The notes beneath the pieces were generated by a model. It was not told the DNA's origin and did no database searches. It was given only the letters and a program-made list of their open reading frames with translations. The translations under genes and the position numbers were made by a program. Source: Rhodospirillaceae bacterium (GTDB lineage: Bacteria; Pseudomonadota; Alphaproteobacteria; MPNO01; UBA2964). From it: a stretch of 64,000 nt of DNA. The stretch spans positions 169,693 to 233,692 of the forward strand of contig PAPV01000013.1 of the NCBI GenBank assembly GCA_002709075.1. Reading direction: 5' to 3'. Positions 30,610-40,351 of this stretch are shown here, in pieces (position 1 is the first letter of the stretch; the number at the start of each line of letters is the position of its first letter).

Positions 30610-31410
30610 ATGCGTGGACGAGTTTTTATAATAGCAGGCTCTGATTCAGGTGGCGGAGCTGGTATACAAGCAGATATTAAAACAGTCAGCGCACTTGATG
30701 GTTTTGCGGCAACTGCGATAACCGCATTGACTGCTCAAAATACTCAGGGAGTGCATGGTGTTCACCCAGTGCCAACTCAATTCATTAAGAAACAGATTGA
30801 TGTAGTACTTTCAGATATTGGAGCAGACTGTATAAAAATTGGTATGTTGCATGATACACCTACTATAGAGACTGTTACGGAAGTCCTCAGGAGTACGGCT
30901 GCGGAAATTCCATTAGTTGTCGACCCTGTGATTACTGCCAAGGGAGGGGGACGCCTTTTAGCGGAGGACTCTATTTCGGCTTTACTTAAAGAGCTTGTCC
31001 CATTAGCAACATTGTTGACCCCAAATATTCCTGAGGCTGAAGCGCTTACTAACTTGCAGGCAACGGATGAACTCTCCCTTCAGAAAATGGGTGCAGAATT
31101 GTTATCAAAGGGGGCACATGCGGTTTTACTGAAAGGCGGTCATCTGCCCGGATCACTAATAAGCGATTACTTATTTACCTCGAAGGGAGTAAAAGAATAT
31201 CAGAATTCGCGCATTGACACGAATCATACTCATGGAACGGGCTGTACCCTCGCCTCAGCCATCGCGGCGGGGGTCGCGGTAGGCTTGAGTTTATTCGATG
31301 CTGTGGAAAGAGCGGAAAAATACTTGCAAAAAGCAATTATTAGTGCGCCAGGGTTTGGAGCCGGACATGGTCCAATAAATCATACCCACACGTTTGGAAG
31401 TAAGATTTAG
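30610..31410 (+). CDS. thiD: Hydroxymethylpyrimidine/phosphomethylpyrimidine kinase
   Basis: IAGSDSGGGAGIQADIKT N-terminal motif and ribokinase-family C-terminal GTGCTLASAIAAG motif. Confidence 0.85.
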   Translation: MRGRVFIIAGSDSGGGAGIQADIKTVSALDGFAATAITALTAQNTQGVHGVHPVPTQFIKKQIDVVLSDIGADCIKIGMLHDTPTIETVTEVLRSTAAEIPLVVDPVITAKGGGRLLAEDSISALLKELVPLATLLTPNIPEAEALTNLQATDELSLQKMGAELLSKGAHAVLLKGGHLPGSLISDYLFTSKGVKEYQNSRIDTNHTHGTGCTLASAIAAGVAVGLSLFDAVERAEKYLQKAIISAPGFGAGHGPINHTHTFGSKI

Positions 31411-31457
31411 TTCTACAGAAACTCGCTTTATTTTTAAATATGCTTAAGTTAGGGCTC

Positions 31458-31919
31458 TTATTTGCCCTTATTTATGATACCTCGCAGAACTGCATGGTAT
31501 CCTTTCACAGCTTCCTCACCTGCCGCGAGATACGCGCGCGCAACTATTTCACGCTGTGTTTGAGTTAAACGGCGTTCGAGATCCTCTCCTTTTTCTGTGA
31601 GCTCCAGCAAGCGTTGTCTTCGGTCTCTGCTGCCTTGGCGTTGCATGATAAAATTTTCTTTTACTAGCTGACTGAGGACTCGTGATAAGCTTTGTTTGGT
31701 TATTCTTAATATAAAAAGTAGTTCTGATACATTGATGCCCGGATGACGTCCAACGAAATAAATTACACGATGATGGGCCCGACCGAATCCATACTCTGCA
31801 AGTATTGCATCCGGTTCTGCCGTGAAATCACGATAAGCGTAAAAAATTAGTTCTATACTCTGCCTTAACTCATCTTCAGTGAAGGAAAACGGTTTCGTAG
31901 TATGGTTTATGTCAGTCAT
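31458..31919 (-). CDS. MarR family transcriptional regulator
   Basis: Winged-HTH region INVSELLFILRITKQSLSRVLSQLVKENFI..Q....DRRQRLLELTEKG; divergent from ilvE. Confidence 0.75.
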   Translation of the reverse strand: MTDINHTTKPFSFTEDELRQSIELIFYAYRDFTAEPDAILAEYGFGRAHHRVIYFVGRHPGINVSELLFILRITKQSLSRVLSQLVKENFIMQRQGSRDRRQRLLELTEKGEDLERRLTQTQREIVARAYLAAGEEAVKGYHAVLRGIINKGK

Positions 31920-32014
31920 ATTGACATATATGCAGGTCAATGATAATCGAAGCAACATGTTTTTTGTTAACGGTGTTCTGGCACCGTCGGTTTTTTGGGG
32001 GGGTCAAGACGCCA

Positions 32015-32881
32015 ATGATCAATTTTGATGATCAAGACGGTTTAATTTGGTATGATGGGGCTTTGCGTCCATGGCGTGACGTTGATATTCACGTCCTTAC
32101 TCACGGGTTACATTATGGAAGCTGTGTTTTCGAGGGCGAACGTGTATACAATAACAAAATTTTTAAGTTACGGGAGCATACAGAAAGACTTTTTCAGTCT
32201 GCAAAAGCTCTAGGAATTGAAATTACATGGACCCCCGATCAGCTTGAGCAAGCAACACTGGAGACTGTAAAAGCACAGGGGTTTGCAGATGCTTATGTTC
32301 GTCCCGTGGTTTGGCGTGGCAGTGAAATGATGGGTGTATCCGCCCAAGAGACACAAATTCATGTTGCAATTGCTGTTTGGGAATGGCCATCTTATTTTTC
32401 TCCTGAAGCAAGATTAAAAGGAATTAAGCTGAAATGGGCACCTTGGAAGCGCCCTTCTCCTGAGTGTGCTCCAGTACACGCCAAAGCTGCTGGTCTTTAT
32501 ATGATTTGTACCTTATCCAAACATGACGCGGAAGCAGATGGGTTCGATGATGCTCTGATGCTCGATTGGAGAGGGCAATTAGCAGAAACCACCGGGGCTA
32601 ATCTCTTTCTGGTAATCGATGGGGCAATTCATACTCCGACACCTGACTGTTTTTTAGACGGTATTACGCGAAGGTCTGTAATTCATCTCGCACGGAAGCG
32701 GAACTACAAAATTATCGAGCGTGCGATAATGCCTAGCGAGTTGGAGGACGCTGATGAAATTTTCGTTACCGGCACCGCTGCTGAGGTCACACCAGTTGGA
32801 AAAATTGGTTCCATGAGTTTTTCAATTGGGCCCATCACAAAGTCTCTGCTAGAAGATTATGATGAGTTAGTTAGAGTTTAA
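32015..32881 (+). CDS. ilvE: Branched-chain amino acid aminotransferase (class IV)
   Basis: LTHGLHYGSCVFEGERVY and EIFVTGTAAEVTPV motifs of IlvE; start at ATG 32015. Confidence 0.85.
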   Translation: MINFDDQDGLIWYDGALRPWRDVDIHVLTHGLHYGSCVFEGERVYNNKIFKLREHTERLFQSAKALGIEITWTPDQLEQATLETVKAQGFADAYVRPVVWRGSEMMGVSAQETQIHVAIAVWEWPSYFSPEARLKGIKLKWAPWKRPSPECAPVHAKAAGLYMICTLSKHDAEADGFDDALMLDWRGQLAETTGANLFLVIDGAIHTPTPDCFLDGITRRSVIHLARKRNYKIIERAIMPSELEDADEIFVTGTAAEVTPVGKIGSMSFSIGPITKSLLEDYDELVRV

Positions 32882-32908
32882 GCCGTTTGTTATTACAGCT
32901 TAATCTGA

Positions 32909-33370
32909 TTAATACTTAATAATATTTTGCCAGCGTTCATCAGCTTCTCTATCCTCTTCTTTGGCTTCAACCCAACGCGTTCCCCTGACAGTTTTTTCTT
33001 TTTTCCAAAATGGCGCTCCGTTTTTTAGGCGGTCTATAAGAAACTGACAACTTTCAAACGCTGCACTCCTATGAGCTGAGGTCGTAATAACCAACACTAT
33101 TTGATCTCCTGGGTTTAATTCTCCATACCGATGAATTATAAGAAGATTTTCTAATGACCAACGATCTAATGCTTCGCATTCAAGTTTTTGTAATATTTTC
33201 TCGGTCATACCCGGGTAATGTTCGAGTGTCATAGTAAGAATTTCTTCGCCATCCGAATTTTCTCGTACCAAACCAACAAAGCTGGCAACTCCTCCTATAT
33301 TGATGTTGCCAGTTGTTAACAATTTGAGTTCAACCGAAATATCAAAATCAGTTTTCTGAATTTTGATCAA
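32909..33370 (-). CDS. moaE: Molybdopterin synthase catalytic subunit MoaE
   Basis: 153 aa with MoaE fold motifs (GAVASFVGLVRE..., LVITTSAHRSAAFE). Confidence 0.85.
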   Translation of the reverse strand: MIKIQKTDFDISVELKLLTTGNINIGGVASFVGLVRENSDGEEILTMTLEHYPGMTEKILQKLECEALDRWSLENLLIIHRYGELNPGDQIVLVITTSAHRSAAFESCQFLIDRLKNGAPFWKKEKTVRGTRWVEAKEEDREADERWQNIIKY

Positions 33371-33374
33371 ATTA

Positions 33375-33626
33375 TTATCCCCCGGTCATGGGAGGAAACA
33401 ATGCCACTTCCTCTGCTTTAGAAATTGGGGTGTCTACCGTACCAATTTCTTGGTCAACCGCTACTCGAATTTGGGAGATATTACCTAATGCACTCTCATG
33501 GCTAGGCCCCCTAGAACAAAGAAATGTTATTAAGTCAGAAACAATTTTGACATCAGGGGGTAGGTCAATTGTTTCACCTCCGATACCGATTTTAGATTTT
33601 ACCCATCCGAAGTATAGAATTTTCAT
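33375..33626 (-). CDS. moaD: Molybdopterin synthase sulfur carrier subunit MoaD
   Basis: 83 aa ending in Gly-Gly; located between moeA and moaE. Confidence 0.8.
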   Translation of the reverse strand: MKILYFGWVKSKIGIGGETIDLPPDVKIVSDLITFLCSRGPSHESALGNISQIRVAVDQEIGTVDTPISKAEEVALFPPMTGG

Positions 33627-34879
33627 TAGGTTATCTCTGAGAAAGGAGTAAAGTTCACCATCATGCCCGGCTCAATTTTGGTTAAATTTTCGGGCAAATC
33701 TATAAGTCCATCGGATGCTACCAGAGACGACAAAATACCAGCCCCATTTTTTGAAAATTTATGAGCTTCCGAAATTCCTTGTTTGTTAATTTTAAGCGAT
33801 ACCCCAATCCATTCTCTAAGTCCAGCCTTTTTGCGATACGAGAAATGAGCTGGCACTTGAAAACAAAGGGGTTGGGTATTTTTTGCCCCGCTAAGCAGTA
33901 GGAGTGCAGGTCGAGCAATCTGCAGAAATGTTATAATCCCGGCTGCCGGATTTCCAGGCAGGCCAATGAATGGTGTTTTTTCAATTTGACCAAGTGCTAA
34001 TGGACGTCCTGGACGAATTGCAATTCGCCAAAAATAAAGGCTCCCGAGAGACGCTGCTGCTTCCCGAATATGATCTTCATCGCCAGATGAAACACCGGCT
34101 GAAGTGATAATAACATCGTATTGCTCAGCGGCATTGTATAGTGCTTCTTCTATATCTTGCAGTTTGTCAGGAAGAATTCCTAAATCCTCTACTTTACATC
34201 CGAGACTTAAAAGAAGCGCGTTTATAGAGTAACGGTTGGAGTCAAAAATACAACCTTCTCTAGGGTTTTCACCTACGTCTAATATTTCGTCCCCCGAGGA
34301 AAATAATGCTATCCGCAGCTGTTTGAACATTTTTAATTGTTTTCGCGAAATAGAGGCTGCTTGGCCAATATGTGCTGCCTGAAGTTTTTGACCTTTGTGC
34401 AGAAAAATATCACCTTTATTTAAGTCTTCTCCAGCTTTGCGGCGATTAATTCCTGAACTTACTCCGGGTGGGACAGAAATATCGTTGCCAATCTGTACAC
34501 AGTCTTCTTGCATAATAACTGTGTCCAGTCCAAATGGAATTGGGGCCCCGGTAAAGATACGCCAAGTCTCGCCTGCATTTGTCAAGTTTTTGGTTGGGTG
34601 ACCAGCGGTGACCCTACCAATAACTTTAAGTTTTGTTGATTTTTTTGGGTTCAGATCTTTGTGCCGAAAAGCATATCCATCTACCGCCGCATTATCAAAT
34701 CGGGGTACAGGGTTTGGTGCGACAATATTCTCGGCCAGAATTCGCCCGACAGAGTTTGAAAGAGATACCAGTTCACTGTCGACAATTGGACCAAGTCTTT
34801 CCTTCAGCATTTTAAGTGCCTCACTGACGGTAATTAACGGTTTTCCACAAGAGAAACAATCGTTTATAAGCTGTCGCAT
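33626..34879 (-). CDS. moeA: Molybdopterin molybdotransferase MoeA
   Basis: 417 aa; MoeA N-terminal and MoCF-biosynthesis domains (ITSAGVSSGDEDH, GLPGNPAA). Confidence 0.85.
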   Translation of the reverse strand: MRQLINDCFSCGKPLITVSEALKMLKERLGPIVDSELVSLSNSVGRILAENIVAPNPVPRFDNAAVDGYAFRHKDLNPKKSTKLKVIGRVTAGHPTKNLTNAGETWRIFTGAPIPFGLDTVIMQEDCVQIGNDISVPPGVSSGINRRKAGEDLNKGDIFLHKGQKLQAAHIGQAASISRKQLKMFKQLRIALFSSGDEILDVGENPREGCIFDSNRYSINALLLSLGCKVEDLGILPDKLQDIEEALYNAAEQYDVIITSAGVSSGDEDHIREAAASLGSLYFWRIAIRPGRPLALGQIEKTPFIGLPGNPAAGIITFLQIARPALLLLSGAKNTQPLCFQVPAHFSYRKKAGLREWIGVSLKINKQGISEAHKFSKNGAGILSSLVASDGLIDLPENLTKIEPGMMVNFTPFSEIT

Positions 34880-34891
34880 TTCATGGTTCTC

Positions 34892-35401
34892 CTATAATAT
34901 GTGCCCTAGAGGACATGCTCGGCTCATTATTAATTTAGTAATGGCCGGAACATCTTCCAACGAGTAGTGTGGTCTTGTAGGGTTTAACAAAGATACATCG
35001 GTGGCAACGGCGATTATATTCCGGTCTGCAGGCCACATTTGGGGTTTTTTTAATGATGGTCGGTAAACTTCAAGCTTTGGATAGGGCTCGTGTTTAAAAC
35101 CCTCAATTAGTAATATGTCGACTGGACTAAGCTTCTCAATAAGTTGCGCGAGTGTCGGTTCACAATCTTTTGTGTTCTCATGAATAAGAACCCATCTGTG
35201 TGAGGAAGAAATTAAAATCTCTCTGGCCCCAGATTTTCGGAAACGAAACGAGTCTTTGCCTTTTTGATCTATATCGAAATTGTGGTGGGCATGTTTGATA
35301 GTTGCTACTGTTAATTTATGTTTCTTTAACGCCGGAATAAGTTTGGTGATCAAGGTAGTTTTACCGCTGCCACTCCAACCAGTAATTCCAAAAAGCTTCA
35401 T
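34892..35401 (-). CDS. mobB: Molybdopterin-guanine dinucleotide biosynthesis adapter MobB
   Basis: GITGWSGSGKTTL P-loop; 169 aa. Confidence 0.85.
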   Translation of the reverse strand: MKLFGITGWSGSGKTTLITKLIPALKKHKLTVATIKHAHHNFDIDQKGKDSFRFRKSGAREILISSSHRWVLIHENTKDCEPTLAQLIEKLSPVDILLIEGFKHEPYPKLEVYRPSLKKPQMWPADRNIIAVATDVSLLNPTRPHYSLEDVPAITKLIMSRACPLGHIL

Positions 35402-35976
35402 AGGCTTTCGTTGTTTTTATCTATTTCATCTATCTGGCGTATACCAAGGCGTAAATAATCGTACCCTGTAATCATTGTTAGTGTAGCGGCTATCCACAGA
35501 CACCACTCACCCACAAATTGAGTGGGTAATGCATACGGTCCATAAGGACCAATTATCAGAAGCCCAATCGCTAACATTTGGAGAGCGGTTTTACACTTTG
35601 CAAGAGTAGAAACTGGAACTTTATTGTTTACACCCGCAAGAAACTCTCTTAAACCAGAAACCACTATTTCACGGCATAAGATGACTACTGCTGGCAATAG
35701 GGTCGCCCCGGAAATTTGACCAAAGCCAGTTAAAAGCAATAACGTGGCGGAAACTAAAAGTTTATCTGCTATTGGATCAAGAAACTTACCGAAAGCTGAT
35801 TGTTGGCTCCAAGCTCTTGCAAGATAACCGTCAAGGAAATCGGTAAGTGCTGCGATTGCAAAAAGCCCACAGGCAAGCCATTGTCCCAGTGGTGTTTGTA
35901 AGTAGAATAATGCAACTATACCAGGAATTACAATTATCCTTCCAAGAGTCAGCATATTTGGAACGCTTTTGAGCAT
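35398..35976 (-). CDS. pgsA: CDP-diacylglycerol--glycerol-3-phosphate 3-phosphatidyltransferase
   Basis: NMLTLGRI N-terminus and CDP-alcohol phosphotransferase motif D..DG..AR....S..G..LDP.AD. Confidence 0.85.
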   Translation of the reverse strand: MLKSVPNMLTLGRIIVIPGIVALFYLQTPLGQWLACGLFAIAALTDFLDGYLARAWSQQSAFGKFLDPIADKLLVSATLLLLTGFGQISGATLLPAVVILCREIVVSGLREFLAGVNNKVPVSTLAKCKTALQMLAIGLLIIGPYGPYALPTQFVGEWCLWIAATLTMITGYDYLRLGIRQIDEIDKNNESL

Positions 35977-36046
35977 AAAGATGACAACCTGTGATTTCCT
36001 GAGTTAAGAAGGAAATGTACAATATTTCTGTATTTTTACTAGATTA

Positions 36047-37945
36047 TCACTGCGTGTGGAAGAATTCATAAATTTTCCTTGCAAGTGAGCTGTTTACTCC
36101 TTTCACTGACTCGAGATCTGTGAGCCCGGCCTCTTTTACAGCTTTTGCAGACCCAAAATGATGCAAAAGCGCTTTCTTTCTTATTGCTCCAACCCCTTCA
36201 ATTTGATCAAGCGGAGATCGTGATATTGTTCTTTGGCGACGCATCTGATGACTATTGATGGCAAATCTATGTGCTTCATCTCTGAGTCTTTGAAGAAAAT
36301 AAAGAACTGGGTTATCATGCTCAATCATAAAGGGTGCACGCTTTCCGGTGTGAAACCTCTCTCTACCGGCATTTCGATCAAGCCCTTTTGATATGCCTAC
36401 TGCTACCAAGTCATCTAGATTTAATTTGGTTAAAACCTTTCGAACGGTGTTTAAATGGCCTTCTCCACCATCTATAAGTACTAGGTCAGGCCAATTATCT
36501 GATGTTCTAAATGGATCCTCTTTTAGCGCTCTGGTGAAACGACGAGTCATAACCTCTCTCATCATGGCATAATCATCACCTGAGGAAGTGTCAGTCATTT
36601 GTAAATTAAATCTTCGGTAATTATTTTTTGCGAAACCTTCAGTTGTAAAAACCACCATTGCTCCAACCGGATTTGCTCCAGAAATGTGACTGTTATCATA
36701 AATTTCAATTCGTTTGAGTGTCGAAGTAACCCCAAAAAGTTTTGCCACATCTTTCATTAATCGAATTTGAGTGGAGTTTTCAGCCATTTTCCGAGCCAAT
36801 GCCTCACGCGCATTTTCCGCAGCGCGAATGACAAGATTATTGCGCATACCTTTTGAAGGGGCTGTTATCGAAACTTTTCTATTAATCTGTTCAGATAACG
36901 CCTCTTTTAAAAGTGTTACCTCTGCAGGTTTCGTGTTAACTAATATGGTGGGAGGAGGATTTTTATTTGAGTAAAATTGTCCGATAAATGCGGCGATGAT
37001 TGTGTTCTTCTTCAAATCCGCCGTTCTAGACGGGAAGTAAGTACGATTTCCAAAGTTTTGGCCACCGCGAAAGAAAAAGACCTGTACGCATGCCTGCCCC
37101 CCTATCGTTTCAAGTGCTATCACATCAGCATCGCCGAGTTTTGCAACATTAATATCTTGATGACTTTGTATTTGAGTAAGTGCTTTGATACGATCGCGCA
37201 GAGATGCAGCATTTTCAAACTCTAACGACTCAGATGCTAGTTGCATCCGGTCCGATAGACTTTCCTGCAAATTACGGTTCTTTCCGTTGAGAAAATTTCG
37301 TGCTTCATTAACGATGTTGGCATATTCCTTTTTATCCACTAATCCAACACAAGGACCTGCGCATCGTCTAATTTGGTATTGCAAACATGGGCGAACCCGA
37401 CTTTTAAAAACTGTGTCCGAACAATTTCTCAAAGGGAATGCCTTTTGCAACGCTGACAATGTCCTGTTCACTGCTCCCGTTGAAGCAAATGGGCCGAAAT
37501 GTTCTCCTTTTTTATTTGGTACGCCACGATGTTTTATCAGTTGAGGCCATAAGCTTTTACTTGTCAAAAGGATGTAGGGAAAAGATTTGTCATCACGTAA
37601 TAGAATATTGTAATGAGGCTTTAACTCTTTGATTAAGTTGCTTTCCAGTAACAGTGCTTCTGTTTCCGTATGAGTAGCAATTACCTCTATATTTTCGGTT
37701 GCGGCAATCATTCTCTGAATTCTGAGAGGATGCTGATCAGGCTTAGTGTAGGCGTTTACACGACGTTTAAGATTTCGTGCTTTGCCCACATATAGTATTG
37801 TGCCCGACTTGTCGATCATCCGATAAACGCCTGGATTTGAAGAGAGTGTTTTCACTACTTGACGAATAACCCCAGCGCCATGTTTTAAAGATGGCGCTTG
37901 TCTATTTTTTTTGGATTTAGACGAAACTATAGATTTTTCCGGCAT
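36047..37945 (-). CDS. uvrC: Excinuclease ABC subunit C
   Basis: GIY-YIG N-terminus (GVYRMID..G.ILYVGKA.NLK.R), UvrBC motif, RNase H-like and HhH C-terminus. Confidence 0.95.
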   Translation of the reverse strand: MPEKSIVSSKSKKNRQAPSLKHGAGVIRQVVKTLSSNPGVYRMIDKSGTILYVGKARNLKRRVNAYTKPDQHPLRIQRMIAATENIEVIATHTETEALLLESNLIKELKPHYNILLRDDKSFPYILLTSKSLWPQLIKHRGVPNKKGEHFGPFASTGAVNRTLSALQKAFPLRNCSDTVFKSRVRPCLQYQIRRCAGPCVGLVDKKEYANIVNEARNFLNGKNRNLQESLSDRMQLASESLEFENAASLRDRIKALTQIQSHQDINVAKLGDADVIALETIGGQACVQVFFFRGGQNFGNRTYFPSRTADLKKNTIIAAFIGQFYSNKNPPPTILVNTKPAEVTLLKEALSEQINRKVSITAPSKGMRNNLVIRAAENAREALARKMAENSTQIRLMKDVAKLFGVTSTLKRIEIYDNSHISGANPVGAMVVFTTEGFAKNNYRRFNLQMTDTSSGDDYAMMREVMTRRFTRALKEDPFRTSDNWPDLVLIDGGEGHLNTVRKVLTKLNLDDLVAVGISKGLDRNAGRERFHTGKRAPFMIEHDNPVLYFLQRLRDEAHRFAINSHQMRRQRTISRSPLDQIEGVGAIRKKALLHHFGSAKAVKEAGLTDLESVKGVNSSLARKIYEFFHTQ

Positions 37946-38169
37946 AAATTTGAGCCTCAGTTAATACCCTGATTGATTGTTTGGCGGCTGATCTACCTCA
38001 AATGAAGAACCTTTTGACGCTATAAGTTGCAATAATATAACTTCGTTGCCGATATATAATGATCCATAATAATATTAAAAACAGATTCCGTAACATCGGT
38101 ATAGTAATCAATAAAATTTGTACTGTGATATAGGGTTACACCTGTCAAAGATAAATTTTTAAATTTGAT

Positions 38170-38583
38170 TCACCAATTTCCTCTACATATTTCTACCCCA
38201 ACGCTTCCCGCATCCTCGAAAGCGTTTATTTTTGCTATTTGAATTTTAACTGAATGTACTCTTTTGTCAGCTAGACATATTTGTGCCACTTTTTCAGCTA
38301 GTGTTTCAACTAAATTAATGTGCCCTTCAGCAACTAGTTTTTTTACTGATTCTATTACGTCTTCATAATTTACAACGTCGGATAATTGATCTTTAATCGA
38401 AATACAATCGTTACTGACTTCCATATCCAAATTAATCCGTATAAGTTGCCGCGTGTTTTTTTCATGAGAATGCACACCTATTAAGGCCGACAGAATCAAA
38501 TCGTGAACGAAAACACGCTGCGTATTTGGTTGAGAGAAGTCCTTGGGTAATTTCTGTATTGTTTTACATTCACTCATTGTCAT
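38170..38583 (-). CDS. folB: Dihydroneopterin aldolase
   Basis: Pattern match to FolB (I.GVHSHE....Q...I.LDMEV...D...V.NYEDV...V...V...LVETLAE.VA..L.....V..V.I.I.K). Confidence 0.7.
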   Translation of the reverse strand: MTMSECKTIQKLPKDFSQPNTQRVFVHDLILSALIGVHSHEKNTRQLIRINLDMEVSNDCISIKDQLSDVVNYEDVIESVKKLVAEGHINLVETLAEKVAQICLADKRVHSVKIQIAKINAFEDAGSVGVEICRGNW

Positions 38584-38604
38584 TCTGTTCTCTAAAATTT
38601 ATAA

Positions 38605-39375
38605 CTATTCCTGCGGACAATCTTTATTTCCAGAATATTCCCAGCCTAAATGCTGTCCCCCATCAAGTGCGATCATTTGTCCTGTCATTGATTTCGAAGA
38701 CAAAATAAATCGTACCGCAGAGGCTATTTCATTGGGCGTCGCACCTTTTTGTAGAGGCGTCGCTCTCGATTGTGCCTGAAAATCTTCTTTAGTTTGTCTT
38801 TTGGACTGCAATGTAGGTCCTGGTCCTATAGCATTAACACGAATTCTGGGAGCTAGTGCGAGTGCAAGTGATTGGGTAAGAGACCAAAGGCCAGCTTTGC
38901 TTGTGGCATACGATATAAACCAAGGAGTAGGGCTCCACACACGCTGGTCTATTATGTTGACGATGTTACCAGACTGCTGTTCGTTGAGACACTTGAAGAA
39001 TTCTTGCGAGAGAAACAGGGGTGCGCTTAAATTAACCGCCATGTGCTTAGCCCATGAAGTTTCAGTAATCTGGCCAACTTGGTCCATATCAAATACTGAA
39101 GCATTATTTATCAAACACGTAATCGGTCCAAGTGCTTCTGTCGCTCGCTTTACGAGGGTTAGCATTTCCGTGTAGACGTCGAGCCTAGCGTCAAGTGACA
39201 CAACCTTTATCTGTTTACTAGATAAATTTTTAGCGAGGATTTTTGCATCTTCTATTGAATTGTGACAGTGAATTGCTACGTTCCACCCATTTGACACGAG
39301 ATTCTCAACAATTGCTTTTCCTATGCGTTTTGCACCACCCGTAATAAGACAATTTTTGAGCGAATTTGATTCCAT
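38605..39375 (-). CDS. SDR-family oxidoreductase, pteridine reductase (PTR1/FolM)-like
   Basis: ITGGAKRIGKAI (TGxxxRIG) cofactor motif, characteristic of PTR1/FolM rather than classical TGxxxGIG SDRs; immediately upstream of folB. Confidence 0.65.
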   Translation of the reverse strand: MESNSLKNCLITGGAKRIGKAIVENLVSNGWNVAIHCHNSIEDAKILAKNLSSKQIKVVSLDARLDVYTEMLTLVKRATEALGPITCLINNASVFDMDQVGQITETSWAKHMAVNLSAPLFLSQEFFKCLNEQQSGNIVNIIDQRVWSPTPWFISYATSKAGLWSLTQSLALALAPRIRVNAIGPGPTLQSKRQTKEDFQAQSRATPLQKGATPNEIASAVRFILSSKSMTGQMIALDGGQHLGWEYSGNKDCPQE

Positions 39376-40351
39376 ACCATTTTAATTAAGTAGCAAAAAA
39401 GCAAGTTCAAGAAGTGGCCCACAAAATTTGTACAACGATAGGGCTTTTGAAAAATAATTTTATTATTTTAAGTCTCATATCCCATGAAAAAAGATATTCC
39501 GTGAGGTAAAAAAATAGCTATTCCATCTCTTTTGACTTTTCTAAGTGCAATCTACAGTGGCATTATTCTTCAGGGAATATTTTGCGTAGACCTTAATGTT
39601 TGCGGTTCTTTTTTACTACATAATAGATCAAATGGGATCAAAGCAGAAGATTTAGAATAGCAGACTGAATTTAGTAAAAGGTTGAAGGGCGTCAAAGGAC
39701 ACCTCTTAGTATTTTAGCGACAGCGTCAGAAAGTAGCTGTAGAGCTTTTCCAGGGTCGGCATCTCATGCATTTGTCGCAGATTTTTTGTATTGACGCCCC
39801 CATCCTAAAAGCGCATTTTTTTGAAAATCAATTCTTTACGTTATTGAAAATGCATAGCACGTTTATATCCAACGCTGATATCAATTTTACCAGAATTAGT
39901 CCAAAACCCGAGACGGCATAAATAAATTTCTATCGCTCTTTGTCACAAAAAAATAGTTTAAAGTCTATTTTGTACCGTGATCCCTGTTGTTATTACGGCA
40001 GCGTTAATTTTCAATTTTCTTTAGAGGGCTTAGGGCTTAATCTTTGGAAATAATCGATCTGAGTGCATATCCCGAATAAAACTATATGTCCATTGGTCGA
40101 ATAACGAACATAATCGCCTGATTTAAAATTCATCACATTGTAGCAAAGAGCTACAGGATCGGATGGTGTCTTCGCCAATTATATAATGTAAATAGTCTAT
40201 CAATACCTTTAAGCCCGAGCGCAGGTATTTGTAAAGTTAAACTCAATTTTACAGAGCCGTACACTCCGTACTTTTGCAGGATTTATTTGAATGCTCTTAA
40301 TGTAGAATCCCAGGCCCTGATATTAATTGGCCATACTCACTTTGGTTAGAA

